Assembly: GCA_051942165.1 (NCBI GenBank)
Contig: JAVECS010000010.1
Span: 1 to 49,333, forward strand
DNA: 49,333 bases
DNA from: Circinaria calcarea
Taxonomy: Eukaryota
Direction of reading: 5' to 3'
Below are positions 1-11,977 of this stretch, in pieces (position 1 is the stretch's first letter; each line of letters opens with the position of its first letter). The translations under genes and the position numbers were made by a program. The notes beneath the pieces are model-generated. The model was not told the DNA's origin, made no database searches, and saw nothing but the letters and a program-made list of their open reading frames with translations.

Positions 1-836
1 ATGAATGGACTGGATTGGATAATGGTTGCTAAGCGCAAATCAAAACAGGCGGAGGCACTCGCCATCGTGTCAACGCCACAGACGGTTCTCGGTCGATTAA
101 ATACGTAGCGTGTGTTCATCAAGGATAGATAAGACTCGCACGAGCTGTGCAATGGTCAAGATTACTCCCGCCAGGTGGGGTGGTAGAAGACACGAAAGGT
201 CAGTAGTACAGAGAGGTCGGTGAGTTCCAAGCCCGGTGGTTGGGTAGAAAGTGAGGCAACGCCGGGGCAAAGGACCTCGGTGAGATGCAGGTCGCAAAAG
301 GAGTGGCGTAAAGCGCACCGAGTTCCCTACAGAAAAGACTGGGGACGCAATGGCTCTCGTCTTTTTGTCGGTTGAGAAAAGCCAGTTGTTGGGGCCCGTC
401 GCAAGAAATTGTGCACCTGGACGATTGGGTCTAACCAAGAGGACAAATTAAAATATTCGGGCTGGGTATCTAAGAAATCGTTCAACGTCCATATCGTAAA
501 GCAAGCCATAAATCGTGAGCAACTAATCCAATCTCCTCGAATTCGTATTTCCGCGAATGGTGCGCAAGGACAATCGTCGCACTCTGCTGCGATAGCCCCT
601 GCTGGCCCCCGGCCTTGCCACCTAACCACGGCTGCCTGGAGCACTGCCTCACTGGCCTCAGGCATCGCCACACATAACCAATATAAGCACCCCAACCTAG
701 CCCAACCGTATGATCATGGCAAGTTCGTGAAATTTGGGACTTGATCCCAATCGATTTGGAAAACAGTTGCCCGCAGTGTCTATCCTGTCTGTTGGGTGAT
801 CGAATTCGCCCCAGGTCTATCGTCTCAACGGTTAGA

Positions 837-1651
837 CTAAGTTCTCCTTGGTCTCCTATCTCGCCTTCTTCTGCGTTCGTCGTTGGTGTTGGTGTATGTA
901 ACTGCCGTGGATTGGTGGTCGTCGACAGGCGACAGAGGAGGCGAATCGCAGGAGCGCGAATCTTCGCCACGATGCCCATGTCCCAGCAAAGACTTGTACT
1001 CCGCAGGATCGATCAACTTCCTATTCCATAGGTATCTAAACAACTCGAAATCCGGCCGTGCATGTGCTAGTTTGGCACCCAGTTGGTGATGGAGTGCCAC
1101 ATGGTCCATGCGTGCTTTCCAGCATTCCAAACCCGTTGTGTCCCTGAATTGCATGTCGCAAAAGCCGCATTTGCTAAAAGTGGGTGGCCCTGCTTGATGA
1201 AAGTGTTTCAAACTATGTCTGAACCACTCGTCGAAGTCGGTGAAGATTAGGAGGCAGAATTGGAAGCTGAAGGGGCATTCGAATTGTGTTCGCGGGTTGA
1301 TGGGCGGGATCACCAACGCACCGCTATGGCTTTCTAGAAGTCGCGGTACTCCGAGCGATCGGATTCCAATCGAAGAAGACAAGGAAGTGGTCGACAAACT
1401 CGGTTCGGAGGTGAGTGCTGCCAAGCTGGAGTTTCCCGACAGCATCATTGAGGTACCGGCACCCGACGGGCGTACCAACTGGTCCCTACGGAAGTTTGGC
1501 AACTGTGACTGCTCGGCCTGCCGCTGCGCGATGATCGGGTCCTGACTATGGGCGAGATAGTCTTGGATGCGAGAGCCCACCGGCTCCACTCGAAGTCCAT
1601 TCACTACATCGGTTAGCATTCTCCCGTGGACCCAACCCTTTTCGACTGACT
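837..1651 (-). CDS. Uncharacterised Cys/His-rich (putative zinc-binding) protein of filamentous ascomycetes
   Basis: 260-aa ORF 837-1619 with the motif FECPFSFQFC...WFRHSLKHF...CGFCD...RMDHVALHH...ARPDFELFRYLW and an Arg-rich C-terminus. A likely intron at 1604-1650 (GTCAGT..GCTAAC..TAG) would put the start at a spliced A|TG (A at 1651). Confidence 0.75.
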
Positions 1652-3625
1652 GATGTCTACTCCTCCTTGTGGTCAGACTTGAATAGAGCTAGAGCTCTCT
1701 GCACGCCCTGATGGTTTCGTAACCGTTCGACTTTGCTCAAGTCGGTTCTTATTTGAAACCCCAGCGGCGAGGGGCCCAGATATTGGAGCAAGCTATTCGC
1801 GGACCATGTGAATTCAAACACAATTCTGAGTGGGGGAGAATGACTTGATATCGCCGCGTAGACAGGTGGAGGATTGAGGATCAAAAGGCCGCTTGAGTGT
1901 TTGTCAGGTCAATAGGCGTTTCGATAGTGATTTGCTGTCCGTGGGGTTCGCTGTTTCCCCTCATAATGCAGGGATTTGTAGCATGTCCCCATCTCCCTAT
2001 TCAGCACCACTTCCTCATGCCTTCGCGGAGCCGAATGCTCTGAAATCCAGACCCCGGCATCTCTACCGCGACACCCGAGGAGCCGCATTGGAGACCGCGG
2101 TCTGTTGTGAAGAATAAGATTTAAATACCCGGCCACCCTTATTGGCTAAATGCTGTCACTGCTGGGCCACGCGGAAGCATCAAAGGTACAGGCTAGGACG
2201 CAGAGTACGCACTTGTGAGATTACCGGCGTACTTTATGGTATCTGCGCCACAAGGGACGGGGTTTGAAACAAAGACAAAGAGCACGGAGTTGGCGAGAGA
2301 TGATTTGAGATCATATCTGCCATCGAATAGGGCCACAGAGGAATGGTCCATCGAACGATGATCATCAGGGTTACTTTGGCCCACTCGTTTGTCCGATGCA
2401 CGTGGTTTGACTGCACGATCATGTCGCAGCTTACGAATCTCCCTTCCATCTACCCTGGTCTCTACAGATTGGTCCTCCCTCACGCTTGTTACAATCTTAT
2501 ACTCGCATCGTTGTGCTCGTGATGGGATTGTCAGTCTTCTTCCAGCTGATTTGAGTATCAGGATGAAACGACGTTTGAGCTTGTGCCATTTGCAAAGCTG
2601 ACGTTCCTGGCCCCATGGTGATGGATCCGTCGAGAGAAGGAGTTCGGTACATGTCGGCGGTCCCCGGGCTTGCCACACCCACTCGAGGTACGCCAAGCAG
2701 GAGAATGTCACCATATGAGAGGAATGAAGCTATCCTTGGAACAAGCACTTACACGGAAAACCGAGGCAAGCCTCAGGCACCTCGGGGCTGCATTTGCTCG
2801 AGGAAACTCCGGAGCATACCTCCTTGTCTCGTCTGCCTTTCTTGCTTGTCTCGATTGTTCCCTTTGACTGAAATGTCCCAGCTTGGTGATCATACATGAA
2901 CGGCTACGGTGCTTACTGGCCTTGAAGCATCCGTTCTCAAACCCTCTCTATCCCCTTTCCCTTCTCGCCATATGGCCTCACCATTATCATCATTCATAAC
3001 CCCCGTTTTGTAGATTACTCCTCGAGGACGTACTCAGGGGTTTGTGGATACCTCGGTTATCTTAACGTCGTACCCACTAGCAGTCGACGCCCACCTTCAT
3101 ACCACAACAACACCATAATCATACACGGATGTAACACTCATTGTCAAACGTTATCACGGTCATGTAAGGACAAGAAGCTGCAGTTGTGGTCTAATGCAAT
3201 AGCGATATGGGATTTGCCAACTGCTACCAACTGCAAGAGCGTGCAATTCTCTCGAAGGAAAGCTCGGCAGATCTCCGATAACGTATAAGTGGGATCGGTG
3301 GCAAAGAAATGCTGGTCATGCTTGCGATGGCCAGGGAGAGGCAGAAATACACCACAATCTCCTGAGCCTTGGACAAGACGAGACTCTTCGCACACTGACT
3401 AATTGGCACGCCATTGAAGCGGTCGTGACAACTTAAAGTAATGCGATCCATGTACAAGATGCTACGCATAAGGCGGCGGCTACAACCCCCGTCCGCTTCT
3501 TCATAAAAGGAGACTCATGTGCTAACTGGAGCAGGGATTTGCACGAGTTCCACAAGCAACTATATTTGGGAATCGCTTGAACACCGATAGCTAAAATTGT
3601 TCATGATAGAGTGAGCAAGTGTTAT

Positions 3626-4681
3626 TTAGTCATCGTCTGCTTCATCCTCATCGGCCATTGGCACATCCGTAACTCTTTCAGATGCCTTTTCCAATGTTCT
3701 TCTACTCCAGGCACGGACACCTTTATAGACACCCTGCGTATTGTTAGCGATCTAAGCTGTTCGAACCGGAATTAACAATCCTACCCATAGAAAGGTCCCG
3801 ACACCAATAAGAACCACCAACCAGCTGATGCTCGCTAATCTTTCCCTCCCGTTGCCCCCAGTCCTTCCACCACCGCTCAAGATCCCTGAGCTTCTGAGAT
3901 TCCACCACTGCCATGGAGAGAGTGCCAGTAATACCTTGACAAAGCTTAATAATCCCAGCGAAGCCAGGCCTTTGAGAAAATGCTCCGTCCAGGATGCTTC
4001 GTCTTCATCTGTCAAGATGGGCTCTAGTTTGGTGCCTAGTTTCGAAAGAGGCGCTCTTGAGAGCGTGGAATATGGATCGAGGTAAAAGTTGATGATCGGG
4101 TCCGCGACAAATCCAAGCAGAAACATGGCCAGAAGTAGTATGGAAGCGGTCAGCACGATTTGAGTCATGGTGCTGCTGATTGCACGTCCCAACTTCATCC
4201 TCTCCAGTCTGTAGCGGAATCCACACGTAGGACATTGCCAGTAGTTTCTTTTTCCATAACCCGGATCGGCGTGACGCCATGCTTGCAGGCATCCTTCGTG
4301 CACATACTTTGAAGATCCCTTACACTTACAAGGTCGGAGAAGCCGTCCAGCGGCCGGGTCTTCGGATATATAGGATACAGATGGAGAGGGTTGCAGAATA
4401 TTGGGGACAGAATCTGAGGGGGGATGGATAGTCGGTAGCACCGTCTCGAGACATATACGGCATGTCCGAGGAGGCCAGGTCCTCTGAGACCTCTGTTGCT
4501 GTGCTTTTTTGGGCTCCTGTGGTCGTTGGGACTTTGGTGGAGAGTCATCTGGAGGAGTTGCGTCTTCCTGAAAAGCGCCCGGCATGGACGTGAAATCCAT
4601 ACGCTCACGGTGTAGCGGCGGTACGCGGGGGTTCTCCTGCCAGTGCCACTCAGCACCTTGAGAAGTGGTGTTTGAGGCCAT
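3626..4681 (-). CDS. RING-CH (RINGv/MARCH-type) membrane E3 ubiquitin ligase
   Basis: C4HC3 motif CRIC...PCKCKGSSKYVHEGCLQAW...CPTC followed by hydrophobic helices. Exons 4681-3785 and 3733-3626; intron GTAGGA..GCTAAC..CAG. The start is taken at MASNTTSQG. Confidence 0.9.
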
Positions 4682-5190
4682 GGAGCGAGCAAAGGAGAGT
4701 AATGAATATCCTCCACACAAATGCGATGAGAGAATATTATCTAGGAAAACTCTACACTGCAGAACTTCGCAGGTAACTCCACCAATGAGTGTCCTCCTGC
4801 TTCGTGTAGCTATCCAGCATCCAGTACGTCGGAAGTGCCAATGTTGAACATATGTGGGTGCATCATCGAGAAGAGGATACGTTGCCACTTTCTTGCCTTT
4901 GTTCACTCCGCGTTATGATGGAAGGTCGCAGTGAATCCACTAGGCTTAGTTGGGATGACCGCTAGGGAGTAAGGATCTGGCCCAAGCTTCACACGTGAGG
5001 TGCATTGCGCGTGTGCAGCTGCCTCCAAAGGCTCACTTTTATCGGCTTCCAACGACTGCTGCCCAAAGACCCATCTGATTACAGGCGTGTGGAATGTTCT
5101 CACCCTAGCAGCTGAGTATCATAGTCGACGGTACTATAGACCATCTCGCCCCATCGACAAGCTCTCTAGCCTCCTAGCTCTTCAGCCAGC

Positions 5191-6258
5191 ATGGCTGATC
5201 GGTATTCTTTCTCTCTGACGACTTTCTCGCCTAGGTATGGCTCAAGGCAATCGGACAAGATCAGGATCATTGATGGCTAACACTCACACAGCGGAAAGCT
5301 CGTCCAAATAGGTGGGCATACCATTCGTGAATCGACCCTGAGATTGCCAGCTGATAGGGCGTGGGATAGAATACGCATTAAATGCTGTGAACCAAGGTGT
5401 CACTTCATTGGGTATAAAAGGTAAAGTGAAAAGGGGTTCCTGTACGAGACCACAAGCCTTGTGCTGAATATTTGATAGCGACCAATGGAATTGTACTAGC
5501 CACAGAGAAGAAGTCATCATCACCGCTCATCGATCCGCCCTCCCTTTCAAAGGTCTCACTAATAACCCCAAATATTGGCATGGTCTATTCCGGCATGGGT
5601 CCGGATTATCGTATACTGGTGGATAAAGCACGAAAGGTCTCGCACACGGGCTACAAACGAATATACAACGAGTATCCACCGACAAGGATACTGGTTCAGG
5701 ATGTGGCGCGGGTAATGCAGGAGGCGACCCAGTCTGGAGGAGTCCGACCCTATGGCGTAAGTTTGCTGATGGCTGGTTGGGATGATGGAATCGAGCCAGA
5801 GACCCAAGAATTAGCGGACGAAGGATTAGAAACAGAGGCAGAGAAAAAGAAGGCATCCGGGAAGACAGGTGGTATCTTGAAAGGTGGGCCAAGTCTTTGG
5901 CAGGTCGATCCAAGTGGGACATACTTCCCTTGGAAAGCAACCGCTATTGGCAAAAGCGCAAGTAGTGCGAAGACCTTCCTCGAGAAGAGATATAAGGATG
6001 ACCTGGAACTTGAGGATGCAGTGCACATTGCACTTTTGACACTGAAGGAAACCATTGAGGGAGAGATGAACGGCGAGACCGTTGAGATTGGTAAGCATTG
6101 CAACCCTTATTCTGGATGCGGATCTGACTCTCTTTGTAGGAATCGTAGGGCCTCCAGCAAATCATCTTCTGGGCTATGAAGGAGTAGAAGGTGCACAAGG
6201 GCCACGGTTTCGGAAGCTGAGCAAAGAAGAGATAGAGGACTACTTGACGAATCTGTGA
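5191..6258 (+). CDS. PRE8: 20S proteasome subunit alpha-2
   Basis: Spliced translation [50 protein letters not shown]...[13 protein letters not shown]...[16 protein letters not shown]. Exons 5191-5234, 5292-5311, 5370-5420, 5479-6090, 6140-6258. Confidence 0.97.
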
Positions 6259-6756
6259 TTCTTTAGACGATGGCTATCTAATGCAAAGCAACTCGCCATG
6301 TTTTTAGCTGGCAGAAGCATGCAGCATGAACCAAGAGATAGAATTGTAATATTCAATAAATCACCTTTGAACCTGTCCCAATAAATAACGTAGTTCGAGT
6401 TTGCTATCACCCTACAATTCCGTGTAAAATGTCAGTTTTTCTAAACTGTCTTGGGTGCTATCAAGCACAGTCAAATATCTATTCAGAGAGACACTGAACT
6501 TTGCTTCGCGTCGTTGCCCCCTTCTCATTGGTTATATTTATCTACAACGCAATCAGACACACAGACTACTTTATCTGCTCGCAAGGGATATCTAGAACCT
6601 ATTTTTTGGTTCGCTTTTCAATCTTGTTCCGTGTGCTGAGTTTATATAGTTTACCTTGCTTTCGTAGCTTATACTACCTACACATACTTTACTTTGCAAG
6701 TAGCAAGGGAAAGATTCCGTTGGATAAAACCCTTCATTGCCCGACACCTTCCAAGT

Positions 6757-9700
6757 ATGGGGACCTCAGCGACGAACGTCAATGGCGATGTATTGACACC
6801 AAGGAGCTATCAGAAAGAGATGCTTGAAGATAGCCTGCAGCGAAACGTTATTGTTGCCGTGAGCACAGACGTACCCTTCTATCAAGACATCCTAAAGCTA
6901 ATTAGCGCTCATAGATGGATACTGGCTCAGGCAAAACCCAGGTGTTCGTGGTCTGAAAAAATATCTGGAGGAAGTAGTGGCTGAAGGAGGTCTTAGAGCA
7001 GTTCTACGAATAGCGGCAGAAATAGAGCGCTGTCCTCCAGAAAAGGTAGATTCTCGTTATGTTTGCAATACTTTTCTTTATCTCGGGTTTGTCGGCGGTC
7101 TATGTGATCCACTATGACTACTCTTGATTCTATTCGTTTGCTAAGGAATATCCTGAACATTCCTTTCGGGCCTCATAAACCTTCTCGAAGTAATATGCTA
7201 AGGCTTGCGTCCAGCTGGTTTGGTTTCTGGCACCTACCGTGACTCTAGCTGAACAGCAATACAACGTATTCCGGAGTCAGCTTCCATCAATACAATGCAG
7301 ACTCTTGGTTGGCAGTGACGGTGTCGATCGCTGGAGTAACCAATTGCTTTGGGACGAAGTGCTTCGTGGTATCCAGTTAATAATCTCAACCCACCAAGTT
7401 TGCTAAATCTACTCCTATCTGGAATTGACCAATTACTTATATAGTCGACTCCTAGGTTCTTCTCGATGCCCTTATCCATGGCTTCGTTACGATGGCACAG
7501 CTTGCTCTCCTTGTTCTTGACGAAGGTAATTCCCAAGCTGTCCTCATTCACCACCTACTGATCTTAAAGCTCATTGCTGTATTCTCGATCATCCGTCTAA
7601 TAGGATCATGCGCAGTTTCTATTATCCAAACCTGAAAGGAGGAACAGCGCCGCCTATACTGGGACTCACGGCTAGCCCTATTTTCAATGGAAAGGTCGGC
7701 GGGCTCAAGTAATTCATTTGTGCTTTACCTTTGACATAATTTGCTCACCGACTACTCCAGAATTATCGAGCAGAACATGAACGCAATTTGCAGGACGCCA
7801 AGACTGCATCGGGAACAACTGCTCCAACATGTGCATCGGCCTAAAATGGAGGCTTTAGTATATCAACAAGACGTTGCTGGTGTAGCAGCTTCACCGGCCC
7901 TTCAAAGTTTGAAAGACGTTTATGCAAATTTGGATATCCAACAAGACCCCTATGTGCTAAAGCTTAGATCCGCTGGTTACGGAAGCGATTGCAAGCAGCT
8001 TCACAAAGCTTTAATCAGCCGAAAGACTTACTGCCAAGATCAGATACGGGGCTTTCTCAACACAGCAAACAATATCTCCGAACTCGGTTCTTGGGCTGCC
8101 GATTACTACATTGCCACTTGCCTCCAGAGATTTCGGGCCAAAAGGTTTCCAGCGTCTTTCAACTTTGATGGTCTCGATACAGATGAGAAGGCATACCTTC
8201 GCAGAGCTTTCGCCAAGGTTCACTGTCCACGGCTAGAGGACTTCTCCCTGAAGGAAGACTCTCGAATAGCACGAAAAGTCCGTCAACTGATAGATATCTT
8301 GGTGGCGGAAGTGCATGATGCATTCGCGGGACTTATCTTTGTCAAGACTAGAGCTTCTGTGGGTGTACTAGCACATCTGCTTTCGACCCATCCACGTACC
8401 AAGGGAATTCTCAAGGTAGGTACTTTCGTGGGTACTTCCAGCCACGATAAACGTCAATCCAGTGTCAGCGAGCTTGTCAGCATCAGCGAACAGAGCGAGA
8501 CGCTTGACGATTTAAGAAAGGGCAGAAAGAACCTAATAATTTCGACCAGTATCCTAGAAGAGGGTATTGATGTCACTGCGCTGAACTTTGTTTGTTGCTT
8601 TGAACCTCCTCCGAACCTTAAGTCGTTCATTCAAAGAAGAGGAAGAGCTAGACAAGCAAAATCCAAGTACGTAATAATGTTTCCAGACGACATGAGATCC
8701 ACAGCCATCGATACATGGCAGAAACTTGAGGAAGAGATGAAACAGATCTATATGGACGACATGAGACGTCTGGCAGAGCTTCAGGATTTGGAGGCTGCCG
8801 AAGATGGCTCTAGGGAGTTTTTGGTTGAGTCAACAGGGTTAGTGGTCATCAACGTATCACTGTGGACAGTTTGATAATGTGAACTCAAGTGCTAAACTGA
8901 CACTTAACGACGCCGTGCAGCACCTACACCATTTCTGTGCCACGTTGCCCGCCGCTCAGCACGCGGATCTACGACCCATATTTAGTTTCGAGTCCGATGT
9001 CACTGAAACGGGAGACGTTGTTGGCTTTCGTGCCAGTGTCACCTTACCGAATTCTGTGGATGCGTCCTTGCAGCATTTCACCAGTCGAATGTGGAGGACC
9101 GAGAAATGTGCAAAAAGAGATGCTGCTTTTGAAGCTTATGTAGCGCTCTACCATGCAGGCCTTGTTAACGACCATCTCCTGCCCTTGATCGGCTACGAGG
9201 AGGCTCAGGCCCTTGCCACTGTTGAGCGACGTGAGAGTTTGGCGGTTTGTTCTGAACAGTTCAATCCATGGCCTGGTCTTGCTAGAACGTGGCAGTCTAG
9301 GGAGACCGTCTTCGAGTCCTTGATCAGCCTAAAGTCACAAGGTAAGGATATGTTAGCAATTAAGCTGTTGTCTTCGGTGTCCCTCCCGTGCCTGTCGAGT
9401 CTTGATTTGCATTGGGATTCTGAACAATCTTATTCTGTTGATATATCGTTCCTACAGCATCAAATCTATGATGATGCACTGATTGACATATCGAGCCGAG
9501 TCACCAGCTTGATATTAAATTCTATATATCGGAACCGCATGCAGCCAAATCAATTTGACTTTCCCCTACTATTCACCCCAACTGAGAATACCAGCGATTT
9601 ACGCATCTGGCTACAAATGGTACACGGAACACGTTGTCTTAAAGCAGATTTCGTTCACACGTCAAGAGGAGACCTTGGTCTTGTTCGAGACAAAAGCCAA

Positions 9701-11500
9701 AGTGAAATGGCACATGTCTTCCATGGATTTGAACACCGTCAGCGGACATCAGATTGCTCAGTCCCAGCGGAGGTGGCAGGGGAGCTAACAGATGAATGTC
9801 TTCATCTCAGGGTTACACGGCTACCAAAGCGTGCCGATTTCTTACACCGGGTCCCTCTGGATCAAAAACCCAACGCGGGCTTAGGATCCGTTTTTCTCCC
9901 GGCTGTCAACTGCGAGGTAGATAGGTTGCCATTTACCTACTCACAATTTGCTATGTTCATCCCTTCAATAATGCACCACGTTGAGGTAGGTATGGTAGCC
10001 GAGCATTTGCGTCATGGTATGCTGTCGGCTGTTGGATTCGAAGAGACAGACCTGGTGAAGACTGCTATTACAGCCTCCGTCGCACGTGACACTACCAACT
10101 ACCAGCGACTTGAGTTCCTGGGGGACAGCGTGCTGAAATTCCTCACTGCCCTTACTCTTATGACCCAGCACAGGAACTGGCATGAGGGTTACTTGTCGCA
10201 TGCCAAAGACCACATTGTCTCGAATGCCCATCTTGCAAGGGCGGCGAAGCAGATGAATCTTGATCGATACATTATCACAAAACCCTTCACAGGCTACAAA
10301 TGGCGACCTTTGTACAACAAGGATCTAGTTGATACGCAACTCACTCAAACACGGGAGCTCTCCACGAAGGTACTAGCGGACGTGATTGAAGCCCTCCTGG
10401 GTGCAGCACTCCTGGATGGCGGATACGCAAAAGCGCTCCGATGCTTATCGGTGCTGATCCCTGATGTAAACTGGCAACCCCTGGATCGGTACCATGCGAT
10501 CCTTTCAGAGATCTATCCTAGGAGTCCGGGTTTTCATTTGCCAGCACACTTTATCCCGGCCGAGAATCTCATCGACCATAAATTCACTTCGAGCTTGCTA
10601 TTGCTCGAAGCCCTGACCTATCCCTCTCATATCGGCTCCAACCCAACACCTTCCTACCAACGACTCGAATTCCTGGGCGACTCCGTCCTCGACTTCATTG
10701 TCACCACCAAGCTATTCAACTATAGACTTGACCTCTCCCATCAGACCATGCATCTCATCCGGACCGGCGTTGTCAGCGCTAACTTCCTCGCTTTCCACTG
10801 CATGAACCACTCCATCTCTCTTCATCGTAGCGATCCAGTCGAGGACAAGTCAACCGGCTTGTTCGGCACAATCACGACTTCGGTGTCGAGATCCATATGG
10901 CACTATCTCCGACACTCATCACTACAGCTTACTGCCGCTCAGGAGCGCTGCCTCGCCCGCTTTCAACATCTCCGCTCTTCTATCTTAGAAGCTCTTTCCG
11001 CTGGGCAAGCGTATCCCTGGACGCTCTTTGCCCTCTTCGACGCCGACAAGTTCTTCTCCGACATGATCGAGTCCATCATCGGAGCTCTCTACATCGACAG
11101 CGCAGGCTCCATGCCCGTCTGCGAGGCTTTCTTGGAACACCTCGGTTGGATGTCGTATTTGGAGCGTATACTAACGGAGGAAATCCACATGCTGCATCCG
11201 AAGGAAGAGCTCGGCCGGGTGGCTGGAAACGAGAAGGTGAGGTACGAGAACTGGGAGGAAGAACGCGCCGAGGATGGCTCTGAAGCGGGACGGTGGGTGT
11301 GTCGAGTCTGGGTTGGGGAAAAGGAAGTGTGCACGGCGGGCCGGGGGAGGAGTCGCATGGAGGCGGAGACGAGGGCGGCGCACGAGGCGGTGCAGATGCT
11401 AAACGGGGAGAAGGCGGGAGGAACGAGGGAAGGGGAGATGGAGACGGCAGAAGAGGGCAACGACAGCGGGGAGGAATTCCACAGCTGCAGTGAGGGATGA
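6757..11500 (+). CDS. dcl2: Dicer-like protein 2 (DExH helicase, helicase-C, DUF283, two RNase III domains, C-terminal dsRBD)
   Basis: Motifs PRSYQKEM, MDTGSGKT, LLVLDEAH, LGLTASP, EEGIDV, QRRGRAR, two QRLEFLGDSVL signatures with ADVIEA / SDMIES, and HPKEELG at the dsRBD. Exons 6757-6858, 6915-6943, 6997-7045, 7215-7397, 7456-7525, 7570-7708, 7761-8837, 8890-11500. Confidence 0.95.
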
Positions 11501-11977
11501 GGGACGGGTTTTCGGCATGTTCGGCATCTAGTACCCTTTTCACGACTTGATTAGTTAGGGAAATAGAGTAAGAGCGATTCCCACACACACAAGGGTGCGA
11601 TTTTAGCCACGTAGGTTTGCCCCTTTTCCAAACTCGTCCGGCCATGGTATGCAGTTGAAATCGGCCGAGGAAACAGACGCTAGAAAGCCACGCAGATGGA
11701 GGGGGGCGAAAGGGGAAATAGAAATCAGTGCACTCCTTCGTTTTGGCATCTGCAACGAAGAATCTGCAAAAGTGACTCATAATTGGTATCTCTAAAACAC
11801 CTACTACTAGCGGTAGAGTAGAATGCCCGGTTGACTGAATGGAGACCTTGGCCTCCTGTCCATAAGTAGCCGTTCTGCGCCCCCAACACTCCACACTGGG
11901 TATATCTCCCCATCTGAAAATCCCAAGCACCGTTCCCCGCCGTAGAATCAACAGCTCATACTAATCCATCACTGGTC

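Noticed and set aside
2193..2714. 173-aa minus-strand ORF and other short ORFs in 1.7-3.6 kb
   Set aside because: No recognisable motif, no convincing splice structure, and ORFs of similar length overlap on both strands. More likely the promoter or leader of the gene at 837-1651, although a degenerate gene cannot be excluded.
3297..3305. Perfect PACE/Rpn4 motif GGTGGCAAA
   Set aside because: It lies ~1.9 kb from the PRE8 start, on the far side of the RING-CH gene, so its position does not fit a proteasome promoter element.
4682..4906. 75-codon N-terminal extension of the RING-CH ORF
   Set aside because: It does not start at an ATG with good support and reads like promoter sequence. It is treated as an open 5' region.
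5780..5890. Acidic/basic insertion in proteasome alpha-2 relative to yeast
   Set aside because: As far as I recall, a similar insertion ending [11 protein letters not shown] is usual in filamentous ascomycete alpha-2 subunits, so it is not distinctive.
11076..11951. 291-aa antisense ORF overlapping the dcl2 3' end
   Set aside because: Pro/Ser-rich shadow of a G-rich coding strand that is poor in reverse-strand stops; it has no domain features.
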